A stretch of 14,325 nucleotides of DNA from assembly GCA_036170655.1 (NCBI GenBank), contig JAVHPP010000068.1, positions 1-14,325 on the forward strand. The letters are read 5' to 3'. The translations under genes were made by a program, and so were the position numbers. Shown here in pieces: positions 1 to 9,420 of the stretch (position 1 is the first letter of the stretch; each line of letters begins with the position of its first letter). Origin of the DNA: Candidatus Zixiibacteriota bacterium (GTDB taxonomy: Bacteria > Zixibacteria > MSB-5A5 > WJJR01). Under the pieces are notes generated by a model. The model was not told the origin of the DNA. It saw only the letters and a program-made list of their open reading frames with translations, and did no database searches.

Positions 1-249
1 ATGCTGGCATCGCCGGCATTCGATATTGAGAAGAGCAGGCTTACCGTGGAACGGACGCTGATTCTGCAAAACGGCAGGCGACGGATGGCCGGTTTCTCGC
101 TGCGTATCTACACGCTGGCCGAGGTCGTCGCGATGTTCGAACGGGCAAGTCTGGAAGTGACCCGCACCTACGGCGACTTCCGTGGTTCGAAGTACACTCT
201 GGATTCTCCGCGTATCATCGTCGTTGGCCGGAAGCGGAGCCGGAAGTAG
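1..249 (+). CDS. C-terminal part of a probable class I SAM-dependent methyltransferase (likely truncated by the window edge)
   Basis: The tail FSLRIYTLAEVVAMFERASLEVTRTYGDFRGSKYTLDSPRIIVVGRK resembles the typical methyltransferase C-terminus (R.Y...E...L...G...YGDF...S.R.I..A.K). The SAM-binding motif is not in the window. Confidence 0.65.
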   Translation: MLASPAFDIEKSRLTVERTLILQNGRRRMAGFSLRIYTLAEVVAMFERASLEVTRTYGDFRGSKYTLDSPRIIVVGRKRSRK

Positions 250-299
250 TCAAACTCGAAACAATACGATCAGAGGGTTCAACGCCGCCAGAAACCGAG

Positions 300-3200
300 A
301 TGGGAATACAGGCACAGAATGAGCTTACGGGCGCTCGCAAGCCCCGCCCAGTGTCCGGGAGCAAACCCTTTGCCGAAGTGCTTGCGGCAGTCGAGCGGTC
401 ACCCGTGCTCCTGGCCTTGCGGGAGAGACTGGCATCCTCCACGGAGCGCGAGATCAGCGTGGCGGGACTCTACGGCTCGCTGGCGCCCTGCCTCCTGGCT
501 CAGATCTACCGGAAGGCGCCTCGCCCCACCCTGATTGTCACCGCCAGCCCTGAATCAGCATCGTTCTGGCATGACGACTTGGTGAGTTTGTTGGGCGACC
601 GGCAGGTGGCGCGTTTTCATTCCTGGGAGATTCTTCCCTATGAGTTCCGCACGCCCGGACCCGAATCCACCGGACGGCGGCTGGAAACGCTCTGGCGCCT
701 GCTGGATGAAAAGCCGCCAATTGTCGTCACGCATCTCCGTGCCGTGCTGGAACCGACCGTTATGCCGGATGATCTTCTGATCAGTGCCCTGTCGTTGCCG
801 GTAGGCCGGGAGATCCCAATTGACGAGCTGCTGGCAAAGCTGATCGATCTCGGCTACCGCCGCCAGCCTCTGGTCGAGGAAGTCGGAACATTCTCTCGAC
901 GTGGCGGTATCGTTGATGTCTTTACCTATACCGAATCCGAACCTCTGCGCATCGAGTTTTCTGGCGATGCAATCGAGTCGATTCGCACGTTCTCTGTGTC
1001 GTCGCAGCGATCGTCGGGGAAGCGCGATCAGTGTGTGGTACTCCCCAGCCGTGAAGTGTTCGCCTCCGGGGAAATCTATGAGCGGGGATGGGCAACGGCG
1101 AAGCTGGACCCCAGTTGGCGTGAACGGGTCGAAAGCGATCCTTCCCGACCCGGCCTGGAGTGGCTTGCCCAGCGGCTGGGACAGCAACGGGCGCGTGTGT
1201 TCGATTACTGTGGTACGAACGCTCTGTGGTGGTTCGACGATCCTGACTTGATGCAGGCGGAGTTCGACCGTGTTGTGTCGGAGGCCGCACGATTCCGCGA
1301 GCGTCTCGAGCGTCACCTGCCTGATCCCCCCCCAACCGGAGAGATCTGGGCGGACGAGTCCGTCTGGAAGCCGGTGCCGAAGTCCGCCACTCGCGTGTGG
1401 ATGCGTACCTTCCGCAGCAGCGTAGGCCATGTTGTCGATTGTGGTGCAACTGGTCCGCCGGCCGTTGGCGGCAGCATCCCCCGATTGTCCGACGAGTTGC
1501 ACAACTTTGAGAAGAATGAATTCGATGTCGTGATTGCCTGCGACAACGAAGGCCAGAGGCAGCGCCTGGGAGAATTGCTCGAAGACCGTCACCCCATGGT
1601 GTCGCTCGTTCATCCTGCCCTCCACGGCGGTTTTGTTCTCCCGGACGTGCACTTCGCTCTCCTGACCGAACACGAGATCTTCGGCCGGCACAAGGCACGT
1701 TACCGCCGCCGGCGCTTCCAAGAGGGGCTGGCGCTGTCCAGCTACACGCAGCTGAAGAAGGCCGACTTCGTCGTTCACGTCGATCATGGCGTCGCCCGTT
1801 TCCGCGGACTCGAAACCATCAATGTCGAAGGACGCCGCTGCGATTGTCTCCTCCTGCTCTATCAGGACGATGACAGGCTGTACGTGCCCATCGAGGAATT
1901 CGACCGTGTCCACAAGTTCACAGGCAAGGAGGGAGCGCCCGCGCTCTCCAAACTTGGTGGTGTCACTTGGGAAAAGGCCAAGACCCGCGCGAAGAAGGCG
2001 CTCCTCGACATGGCCGAAGAACTCATCGCGCTCTACGCCGAACGCAAGTCGCAGCCCGGGCACGCATTTTCTCCTGACGGCGAGTGGATGCGCCAGATGG
2101 AGAGTTCCTTCATCTACGAGGAGACGCCCGATCAAGCGGAGGCGATCCGCGCGGTGAAAAAAGACATGGCGGATCCGGCCCCGATGGATCGTTTGATCTG
2201 CGGGGATGTCGGGTATGGGAAAACTGAGGTTGCCATGCGTGCGGCCTTCCAGGCGGTGTGCGATCACAAGCAGGTGGCTGTTCTTGTGCCGACGACCATT
2301 CTGGCGCAACAACACCTGACGACGTTTCGCGAGCGGCTATCCGAGTTCCCGGTCCGGATTGAGACCCTGTCGCGGTTCCGGACGGCCAAGGAGCAGAAGC
2401 AAATCGCAGCTGATCTCTCAAGAGGCGCTGTCGACGTTGTGATCGGGACCCATCGCCTGCTCCAGAAGGATGTCGTTTTTGCCGATCTCGGTCTGCTGAT
2501 CGTTGACGAAGAGCATCGCTTCGGCGTTGCCCACAAGGAAAAGCTGCGTCAGCTCCAGCGCCGTGTCGACACACTGTGGCTGACCGCCACGCCGATTCCC
2601 CGGACATTGCAGATGTCGCTTCTGGGTGCGCGCGATCTCTCCATGATTAACACTTCGCCTCGCGACCGTCTGCCGGTACAGACCGAGGTGCGCGAGTTTG
2701 GACCGGAGGTGATTACCGAAGCCATTACGCGCGAACTCGATCGTCGCGGCCAGATCTACTTTGTCCACAATCGCATCCAATCGATCCACGCGATGGCGGA
2801 TTATCTGACACGTCTGCTCCCCCTGGTGCGGATTGGTGTGGCTCATGGTCAGATGGCCGAACGTGAGCTCGAGTCGGTCATGGTACGATTCTATCACCAT
2901 GAGTTTGATCTGCTCCTATCGACGGCCATCATCGAGTCGGGTCTCGACCTGCCGTCGGTCAACACGATTATCCTGCACCGGGCCGACCGCTTCGGTCTGG
3001 CGCAGTTGTACCAGTTGCGTGGACGCGTCGGACGTTCGGCCCGGCAGGCCTATGCCTATCTGCTGACCCCGCCCTTTGCCACGCTGACACGGGAGGCCAA
3101 TGCCCGTCTGAAGGCTATTGAAGAACACACGGCACTCGGTTCCGGCTTTCATCTGGCCCTGCGTGATATGGAGATTCGCGGCGCGGGAAACATTCTAGGA

Positions 3201-3749
3201 CGGCAACAGCACGGATTTATCGAGGAAATCGGCTTCGATCTCTATAGCCGCTTGCTGGAAGAGGCGATGGCTGAGACACAGGGTATCGCTGCCCCGATTG
3301 GCGACCGGCCGGCCCCGCAGATCGAGGTCGAAGGAGACAAGTTTATACCGGACGACTACATCGCCGACAACCAACAGCGCTTCGAAATGTACAAGCGATT
3401 GGCTGGTGTCCGGGAGCTGGCTGGGGTCGATGACTTAATGCTGGAACTGACCGACCGATTCGGTTCGCCCCCTGCCGAGGTCCGGCGGCTCCTGGACCTG
3501 GCGCGCGCCAAGGTCCTCGCACAGACGGCCGGTGTCACGAGGGCGATTGGCCGAGGCAAGACTTGGAGCGCGTTTTTCGATGCAGGGGTGACGATCGACC
3601 GCAACCGGATCAGCCGGTGGCGGGAAAAGCTGGGCCGTGGTGCGGGTTTTGCGGTCGGTCCGCCGTTTCGTGTTGATGTCCGGCCCAATAGCGATCAGAC
3701 GGTCGATCTGAATGGTCTGTTGCGAATCCTCCAGATTCTGGCGTCGTGA
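300..3749 (+). CDS. mfd: Transcription-repair coupling factor Mfd
   Basis: 1149 aa. UvrB-like N-terminus (GTFSRRGGIVDVF), RNAP-interacting domain (VVHVDHGVARFRG), helicase motifs GDVGYGKT, DEEHRFG, TATPIPRT and QLRGRVGR, TRG motif (RDMEIRGAGNILG) and TRCF C-terminus (DRFG). Exact start is uncertain because there is no clear SD. Confidence 0.98.
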   Translation: MGIQAQNELTGARKPRPVSGSKPFAEVLAAVERSPVLLALRERLASSTEREISVAGLYGSLAPCLLAQIYRKAPRPTLIVTASPESASFWHDDLVSLLGDRQVARFHSWEILPYEFRTPGPESTGRRLETLWRLLDEKPPIVVTHLRAVLEPTVMPDDLLISALSLPVGREIPIDELLAKLIDLGYRRQPLVEEVGTFSRRGGIVDVFTYTESEPLRIEFSGDAIESIRTFSVSSQRSSGKRDQCVVLPSREVFASGEIYERGWATAKLDPSWRERVESDPSRPGLEWLAQRLGQQRARVFDYCGTNALWWFDDPDLMQAEFDRVVSEAARFRERLERHLPDPPPTGEIWADESVWKPVPKSATRVWMRTFRSSVGHVVDCGATGPPAVGGSIPRLSDELHNFEKNEFDVVIACDNEGQRQRLGELLEDRHPMVSLVHPALHGGFVLPDVHFALLTEHEIFGRHKARYRRRRFQEGLALSSYTQLKKADFVVHVDHGVARFRGLETINVEGRRCDCLLLLYQDDDRLYVPIEEFDRVHKFTGKEGAPALSKLGGVTWEKAKTRAKKALLDMAEELIALYAERKSQPGHAFSPDGEWMRQMESSFIYEETPDQAEAIRAVKKDMADPAPMDRLICGDVGYGKTEVAMRAAFQAVCDHKQVAVLVPTTILAQQHLTTFRERLSEFPVRIETLSRFRTAKEQKQIAADLSRGAVDVVIGTHRLLQKDVVFADLGLLIVDEEHRFGVAHKEKLRQLQRRVDTLWLTATPIPRTLQMSLLGARDLSMINTSPRDRLPVQTEVREFGPEVITEAITRELDRRGQIYFVHNRIQSIHAMADYLTRLLPLVRIGVAHGQMAERELESVMVRFYHHEFDLLLSTAIIESGLDLPSVNTIILHRADRFGLAQLYQLRGRVGRSARQAYAYLLTPPFATLTREANARLKAIEEHTALGSGFHLALRDMEIRGAGNILGRQQHGFIEEIGFDLYSRLLEEAMAETQGIAAPIGDRPAPQIEVEGDKFIPDDYIADNQQRFEMYKRLAGVRELAGVDDLMLELTDRFGSPPAEVRRLLDLARAKVLAQTAGVTRAIGRGKTWSAFFDAGVTIDRNRISRWREKLGRGAGFAVGPPFRVDVRPNSDQTVDLNGLLRILQILAS

Positions 3750-3800
3750 GAGACACCCAGACTCACGATGAAGCGTCATGTTCGGTCCCAAGGAGAATCT

Positions 3801-3829
3801 TTGACCGGGGGAGCGCGATCACGTAACTT
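3801..3829 (+). promoter_or_regulatory. Putative sigma70-type promoter for the PPIase-surA-hflX genes
   Basis: TTGACC (3801-3806), 17-nt spacer, TAACTT (3824-3829), upstream of SD GGAG (3876-3879) and ATG 3885. Confidence 0.5.
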
Positions 3830-3884
3830 GGGTGGAATGCAGCAAGCCAGAAGAGATGAGACCAAACGACAGATCGGAGTGTGC

Positions 3885-5621
3885 ATGAAACGATCGCGGA
3901 ATATCTTGCGACAGTGGGCATTGACAGCCGTGTACCTCAGCGGGCTTCTCTCGCTGGCGATAGCGTTTTCCGGATGCGGCAAGAAGAGCGGCACAGCCAA
4001 GGGTCCGGTCGTGGCCGAGGTCGGCGGACGTCCCATTGAACTTCGGGAAATCACCGACCCCATCATCGCGGCGCACGTGGATTACAGCACAGCCGAGGAC
4101 GAACTCAAAGCACGACGCAAGGAACTGGACCGCTTGATCGAAGAAAAGTTCCTTGTGATCGGCGCGTATGCACGGTCACTGGACGCCGATATCGGCATCA
4201 TCGAACTCGTCGACAAGGAAAAGGACAAGTTCCTGCTCGACGAGTTATTCCGGCACGAAGTGATCGACAAGGCCCAAGTGGCAGAGGACGAGGTGCGCCA
4301 GTGGTATGAGCACTGGTTTGATCGCGTGCGACCGAAACACATTCTGGTGAAAACGAAAGCCAAGGCGGATTCCATCGTAACCGATCTTAAGGCCGGAGGG
4401 GATTTTGGCGATCTGGCCGAGAAATACTCGGCTGATCCCGCCACCGCGAGGCGCGGCGGTGACTTCGGCCGTGAGTTTTACTGGGGAGAACTGATTGCGC
4501 CGATCCAATCGGTGGTCTTTGACCTGAAGCAGGGGGAGATTGGCGGACCGGTCGAGAGTCAATTCGGCTGGCATGTGCTCGAGATTGTTTCACGCAGCGA
4601 ACTGACGAAACTTCCCCTCGATTCGGTGCGAGTGGGAATCGAGAATCGTCTCCGGCAAAAGCTTCAGGACAAGCGGCGCACGGCGCAGTTGCAGGAACTG
4701 CGGAGCAAAGCGAACATCCAGGTCCGCGCGGATGTCGCCGGACAGGTGCGTCAGCAATTCCAGGAGGTCGTTGACTCGTCGCAATTGCCCGTCGGATACT
4801 TTCCCGAAATCCCCGTGTCCAAGGTCCCAGATCAGCTCAAGAAACAGGTGCTTGCCACCTACGGACGTCAGGGCGAACTGACTGTCGACAAACTGATTCA
4901 GGCCTACAATGCGGCCCCGACGGATGGGCGTCCCGATCTGCGCCTGGATGATCAGATCCAGGAAACCGTCTTTCAACTCGGTCTCTATGACCTGTTGCGT
5001 GATGAGGCGCTGCGCCTGCAGTTGGATCAGAGCCCGGTTTACAAGGAGCGGCTGCGCGAGTTTCAGGAACAACTGATGGCTGACAAGATGCGCAACGAAG
5101 TCGTCCAGGGAAAACTCCACGTCGAGGAGACCGATGTCCGCCAATTCTATGATGCGCACGCCGACTCGTTTGTCGAACCGGTGTCGTATCATGTCCGTGA
5201 GGTTATGGTCAACGACGAACCGTCCGCTGTGAGGGTGCTGCGTGAGGCTCAGGCCGGAACGCCGATGGCGGATCTGGCGAAGCGATACACAATGCGAGCC
5301 GGGTTTCGGAATAACGGGGGCGACTTGGGGCTGGTGTCGCCGGATCGGTATCCGGATCTCTACACCACCGCCGCGACTCTGAAACCGGGTGAAATTGGCG
5401 GACCGGTGCCCGGCATAGACCAGTTCTCCGTCATCCAGGTGCTGGATGTCAAGCCCGCCGGACAGAAGCCGTATGATGATGTCAGAGGGAAGATCTATGA
5501 GAAGCTGCAGTCGTGGCGCACCGATTCCATCATGGGGGTTTATGCCGATTCCATGAGGGTGCTCTATCCGGTCGAGATCCATGACCAGATTCTGGCTGCG
5601 GGTATCCATGTGTCCCAATAA
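3885..5621 (+). CDS. Lipoprotein parvulin-type peptidyl-prolyl isomerase/foldase with two PrsA-like modules
   Basis: Start moved from 3768 to ATG 3885 (GGAG SD, basic N-region MKRSR, hydrophobic stretch, lipobox-like FSG-C with Cys at 3975). PpiC domain 1: KHILV...DFGDLAEKYSAD...GGDFG...SQFGWHV. PpiC-like domain 2: ...NGGDLG...LKPGEIGGPV. Confidence 0.9.
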   Translation: MKRSRNILRQWALTAVYLSGLLSLAIAFSGCGKKSGTAKGPVVAEVGGRPIELREITDPIIAAHVDYSTAEDELKARRKELDRLIEEKFLVIGAYARSLDADIGIIELVDKEKDKFLLDELFRHEVIDKAQVAEDEVRQWYEHWFDRVRPKHILVKTKAKADSIVTDLKAGGDFGDLAEKYSADPATARRGGDFGREFYWGELIAPIQSVVFDLKQGEIGGPVESQFGWHVLEIVSRSELTKLPLDSVRVGIENRLRQKLQDKRRTAQLQELRSKANIQVRADVAGQVRQQFQEVVDSSQLPVGYFPEIPVSKVPDQLKKQVLATYGRQGELTVDKLIQAYNAAPTDGRPDLRLDDQIQETVFQLGLYDLLRDEALRLQLDQSPVYKERLREFQEQLMADKMRNEVVQGKLHVEETDVRQFYDAHADSFVEPVSYHVREVMVNDEPSAVRVLREAQAGTPMADLAKRYTMRAGFRNNGGDLGLVSPDRYPDLYTTAATLKPGEIGGPVPGIDQFSVIQVLDVKPAGQKPYDDVRGKIYEKLQSWRTDSIMGVYADSMRVLYPVEIHDQILAAGIHVSQ

Positions 5622-5642
5622 TTGTGAACGTGAGAATACGAG

Positions 5643-7031
5643 GTGACTGTGACTGAACCTGGCAGAACGTCAATGCCCGAACCTGTCGTTGAAGTGAGTC
5701 GTGTGCACCGCGTTCTGGCGCGAGTGACCCGCTTGGGTGTGTTGTTCGTCGTGACGGTGATGGCGCCTCTGACGGTAATGGCGGAGGATGTTCTGGACGA
5801 ACCGATTGTGATGGTGGCCGATCGTGTCATCCTTCGCTCCGAGTGGCAGGCGCAGGTCAGTCTCTTCGCGATGCAGACCAAGCGGGATGTCAATGATCCC
5901 CGGATTCAGGATTCCATTGGGCCGCGTATTCTGGAGCAGATGATCAATGATGAACTGATTCTTATTCAAGCCGAGCGTGACACCATCATCACCGTCACGC
6001 CGGAAGAGATCGACCATGCCTTGCAGGAGCATATTCAGGGCCTCCGGGATCAGTTTGCCGATGAAGATGAATTCCAGAAAGAGCTGACCCGCGAAGGGTT
6101 GTCCGAACGGGATCTGCGCGTCCGCTATCGCCGCGAAGTCCGGAATCAAATCTTGAAGCAGAAGCTCATTCAGCGCAAGCTGGGAGACGTGGCCATTTCG
6201 AACGGAGAAGTCAAAAGTTTTTTCCATCAATACAAAGATTCCCTCCCGGCACAGCCCGAGGGGATCAAGCTGGCGCACATTCTTCTGCCGGTGGAGTCAT
6301 CGTCGGCGACTGTCGATTCGTCTCGCGAACAGATCACACGTATCCTCAAGGAGATCCAGGGTGGTCTGGACTTCGCCACGGCCGCCACGCGGTACTCACA
6401 AGACGCAACGTCATCCGGCGGGGGTGATCTGGGCTGGTTTGGCAAAGGGGATATGGTTCCCCCTTTTGAGACAGCGGCTTTTGCCCTCACGCCCAATCAG
6501 ATCTCTGGCGTCGTGCGCACACGCTACGGGTTCCATCTGATTCAATGTCTGGAGAAGTCCGGTGACCGGGTGCATGCGCGCCACATTCTTATCTCTTTGG
6601 CGCCGACTCCGGCTGACTCCGCGCTGGTTATGGCGCGTGCTGATTCAATTGCGCAGGCCGCCCGTGGCGGAGCGGATTTCTGCCAACTGGCGCAGGTCAA
6701 TTCGCAAGACGCGGAGACGCAAAAGAATTGCGGCGAACTCGGATGGTATCCCGTGGCGGAAATGTTTCCCGAATTCAAGGCAGTGCTGGCCAACGCGGGC
6801 GTTGGCAGCATCATCGGACCGGTGTCGACCAAATTCGGCTGGCATGTTCTGCGTGTTCTTGACCGCCGCGCCAGTCATGCATTTGATCTGACTTCGGACT
6901 GGGATGCTATCAAGGACATGGCGCGACGCGAGAAAACCAATCGCGTGGTGGCTGATTGGATCGCCGAGATCCGGAAGGATACTTACGTGGATGTTCGTCC
7001 CTTGTCTGGACGGACCACGGTTTCCCAGTGA
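5643..7031 (+). CDS. surA: SurA-like periplasmic chaperone/PPIase (SurA N-domain plus two PpiC domains)
   Basis: Signal-peptide-like segment, SurA N-terminal pattern (LDEPIVMVADRVILRSE...LEQMINDELILIQA), two parvulin domains (AHILL...GGDLGWF...YGFHLI; ARHILI...GELGWY...FGWHVL) and the SurA-type tail (WIAEIRKDTYVD). The start could be 5643, 5649 or 5673. Confidence 0.85.
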   Translation: MTVTEPGRTSMPEPVVEVSRVHRVLARVTRLGVLFVVTVMAPLTVMAEDVLDEPIVMVADRVILRSEWQAQVSLFAMQTKRDVNDPRIQDSIGPRILEQMINDELILIQAERDTIITVTPEEIDHALQEHIQGLRDQFADEDEFQKELTREGLSERDLRVRYRREVRNQILKQKLIQRKLGDVAISNGEVKSFFHQYKDSLPAQPEGIKLAHILLPVESSSATVDSSREQITRILKEIQGGLDFATAATRYSQDATSSGGGDLGWFGKGDMVPPFETAAFALTPNQISGVVRTRYGFHLIQCLEKSGDRVHARHILISLAPTPADSALVMARADSIAQAARGGADFCQLAQVNSQDAETQKNCGELGWYPVAEMFPEFKAVLANAGVGSIIGPVSTKFGWHVLRVLDRRASHAFDLTSDWDAIKDMARREKTNRVVADWIAEIRKDTYVDVRPLSGRTTVSQ

Positions 7032-8209
7032 GTCCCCTGATCCACGATACCCGGAAGCGTCCTGACCAGGCCATCCTGGTGGGGTTTGGCAGGCGGAACA
7101 CACCCACGTCTCTTTTGACAGAGTCGCTGGATGAGTTGGCTCGCTTGCTTGATTCGGCGGGTGGTCAGGTTGCCGGACGGGTGATCCAGCGGGGCGACAA
7201 ACCGCATCCGGCGCATGTCATCGGCAAGGGGAAGCTGGACGAGGTCGAGACGCTGATATCGCAGACCGGGTCCAATTTGATCGTCTTTGATGACGAACTG
7301 TCACCGTCACAAGTGCGGAATCTCGAGGAGCGTTTCTCCTGCAAGGTCATTGATCGTTCGATTCTGATCCTCGCCATCTTCGCCCAGCACGCCCACACCA
7401 AGGAATCGAAGACACAGGTGGAATTGGCTCAGTACGAATACGTTTATCCCCGGCTGGTCGGCCAATGGACTCACTTGTCGAAGCAATGGGGCGGCATTGG
7501 CTCCAAGGGCCCTGGCGAAACACAACTTGAAGTGGATCGACGGATCGTGGGCCAGCGGATTCAGCGTCTCAAGCGCGACTTGGCGAAGATCGACCGGGAG
7601 CGGGTGGTCCAGCGCCGGGGGCGCGAGGGACTCTTCAAGGCCGTGTTGGTCGGCTATACGAATGCAGGGAAATCAACTCTCTTCAATGCGCTGACCCGTG
7701 CCCGCGTCTGGGCGGCCGACAGGTTGTTTTGCACGCTCGATCCGACGGCACGGGTGATGTCCTATCCCGGCGGTCGCCATATCCTGCTGACCGATACAAT
7801 TGGATTTATCCGCAAGTTGCCGGTGGCCCTCTTTGCGTCCTTTCACGCCACGTTGGGCGAGGTGGCAGACGCCGATTTGCTCCTGCATGTAGTCGATTAC
7901 GCGAGCCCCTTGCACCAGCAAGAATCGTCCGAAGTGGAGAATACACTGGCACAGATTCATGCCGATCACATTCCCCGTCTCATTGTGCTGAACAAGCTCG
8001 ACCTCCTGAATGACGCACCGACAGGCCCCTTTGGGTCCACGGCGGGTGCGGCCTTCGTTGCCGTCTCGGCGCGGACCGGGGTCGGTATGCAACGTCTCGT
8101 CGAGGCGATCGACGAATACGCGACAATGGCTGCATCTCCGAGCGTTAGGCGAAGGGGGCGCACCGCGCGGGCCCGCATCCACTGGGAAACCCAGCCCTCA
8201 GACGAATAA
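7028..8209 (+). CDS. hflX: GTPase HflX (ribosome-splitting factor)
   Basis: IGKGKLDE, DDELSPSQVRNLE, GPGETQLEVDRR, G1 GYTNAGKS, G2 LFCTLDPT, G3 DTIG, G4 NKLD, G5 SAR. Likely GTG start at 7028 overlaps the surA TGA (GTGA). Confidence 0.96.
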   Translation: MSPLIHDTRKRPDQAILVGFGRRNTPTSLLTESLDELARLLDSAGGQVAGRVIQRGDKPHPAHVIGKGKLDEVETLISQTGSNLIVFDDELSPSQVRNLEERFSCKVIDRSILILAIFAQHAHTKESKTQVELAQYEYVYPRLVGQWTHLSKQWGGIGSKGPGETQLEVDRRIVGQRIQRLKRDLAKIDRERVVQRRGREGLFKAVLVGYTNAGKSTLFNALTRARVWAADRLFCTLDPTARVMSYPGGRHILLTDTIGFIRKLPVALFASFHATLGEVADADLLLHVVDYASPLHQQESSEVENTLAQIHADHIPRLIVLNKLDLLNDAPTGPFGSTAGAAFVAVSARTGVGMQRLVEAIDEYATMAASPSVRRRGRTARARIHWETQPSDE

Positions 8210-8345
8210 GTATTCCCAGGACTTCACGAGAGCCCGTCGGCGGACAAGTTCAGTTTCGTCTCAGACCTGACGACAATACAGTTGAGAGGACCAAGCGGTA
8301 GGGTCCGCAGTGGCGAAACCTGTCTGCAGCAGGAGAAATCCGGCG

Positions 8346-8720
8346 ATGACCAACACTATGGAACGAAAGATCCTCGTTGTCGAGGATAACCCCAACATGT
8401 CCAGTCTGCTGGCGGACATGCTGGAAGTGTTTGCCGTAGGAAGTGTGCGGGCGACCGATGGCGAAGATGCCCTGCGCAAGCTGGACGAGGAGCCGATCGG
8501 CCTGGTCATCAGCGATCTGCGCATGCCCAAGATGTCAGGGGCCGAACTGGTTATGAAGATCAAGGACAAGGATCCCAGTATGCCGGTGGTTCTGATCAGC
8601 GGATTCTCACTGCAAAGCGCGGGCGAACAGCAGGCCACCGCCCGTGCCGATGGATTTCTCACGAAGCCATTCAAAATGAACGATATTAAGAACGTGCTCG
8701 AAAAGTTCTACCATCGGTGA
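8346..8720 (+). CDS. Stand-alone response regulator receiver domain (CheY-like)
   Basis: KILVVEDN, phosphoacceptor ISDLRMPKMSG, ISG switch and KPF; no output domain. AGGAG at 8331-8335 supports ATG 8346 (alternative 8358). Confidence 0.92.
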   Translation: MTNTMERKILVVEDNPNMSSLLADMLEVFAVGSVRATDGEDALRKLDEEPIGLVISDLRMPKMSGAELVMKIKDKDPSMPVVLISGFSLQSAGEQQATARADGFLTKPFKMNDIKNVLEKFYHR

Positions 8721-8775
8721 GCCATTCTCCGGTTTCACAGAACGCCCTGAGCGCACTGTTCCCGCAAGAGCACCG

Positions 8776-9420
8776 CTAATCCGCCGCCGACATGTGACGA
8801 CGGTGCCGGAAGATTTCGATGATCGCCGGCATCACGGAGATGAGAATGATCGCCATAATGACAACCGTGAAGTTGTTCTTTACACTGGGGATGTTGCCGA
8901 AGAAGTACCCCCCGAAGACAAAGCACGCGATCCATCCGATTCCACCGAACACATTGTAGCTCATGAATCGCATGTAGCTCATGCGGCCCACGCCTGCCAC
9001 AAAGGGCGCGAAAGTGCGAATGATGGGGACAAACCGCGCGATAATGATGGTACGCCCCCCATACTTCTCGTAGAACCGGTGTGTACGGTCCAGATACTCC
9101 TTCTTCAGGAAACGCACCTTTCCGTCATGGAAGACTGTCGGACCGACGGCGCGTCCGATCCAGTAATTGGCTGTGTCACCGAACACCGCGGCTGCACCCA
9201 AGAGGAAAAACAGGAAACTTACCTCAAGCGATCCTTGGGCGGCAAATGCCCCGGCAGCGAAAAGCAGCGAATCCCCGGGCAAAAACGGCACCACCACCAG
9301 TCCGGTCTCGGCGAAGATGATCACAAAAAGAATAGCGTAGGTCCAGATCCCGTACTGCTGGATGAGTCCGTTGAGGTGACGGTCGATATGGATAATGAAA
9401 TCGAAGACGTCTGTGATCAT
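8776..9420 (-). CDS. dedA: DedA family membrane protein
   Basis: FAETGLVVVPFLPGDSLLFAAG, GDTANYWIGR, YGGRTIIIARFVPIIRTFAPFVAG. Start taken as MITDVFDFIIHID at 9420. Confidence 0.95.
   Translation of the reverse strand: MITDVFDFIIHIDRHLNGLIQQYGIWTYAILFVIIFAETGLVVVPFLPGDSLLFAAGAFAAQGSLEVSFLFFLLGAAAVFGDTANYWIGRAVGPTVFHDGKVRFLKKEYLDRTHRFYEKYGGRTIIIARFVPIIRTFAPFVAGVGRMSYMRFMSYNVFGGIGWIACFVFGGYFFGNIPSVKNNFTVVIMAIILISVMPAIIEIFRHRRHMSAAD

Noticed and set aside
555..2315. 586-aa antisense ORF within mfd (also 2418-2900)
   Set aside because: It is a shadow frame of a GC-rich, codon-biased gene, with no recognisable motifs.
3747..3884. mfd and the PPIase are in the same frame separated by a single TGA (possible readthrough or selenocysteine fusion)
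   Set aside because: Mfd is complete and cytoplasmic. The PPIase has its own promoter-like motif, SD and lipoprotein signal, and I see no SECIS-like hairpin.
3768..3884. ORF-track N-terminal extensions (3768, 6956, 8310, 9486, 11388, 14319)
   Set aside because: Downstream starts fit the SD sites, gene overlaps and family N-termini better.
4590..5618. 342-aa antisense ORF in the PPIase gene (also 5670-6278 in surA)
   Set aside because: Codon-mirror shadow ORFs with no domain signal.
8721..8775. Expected bidirectional terminators between convergent genes (here and 10612-10638)
   Set aside because: No convincing stem plus U-tract was found.
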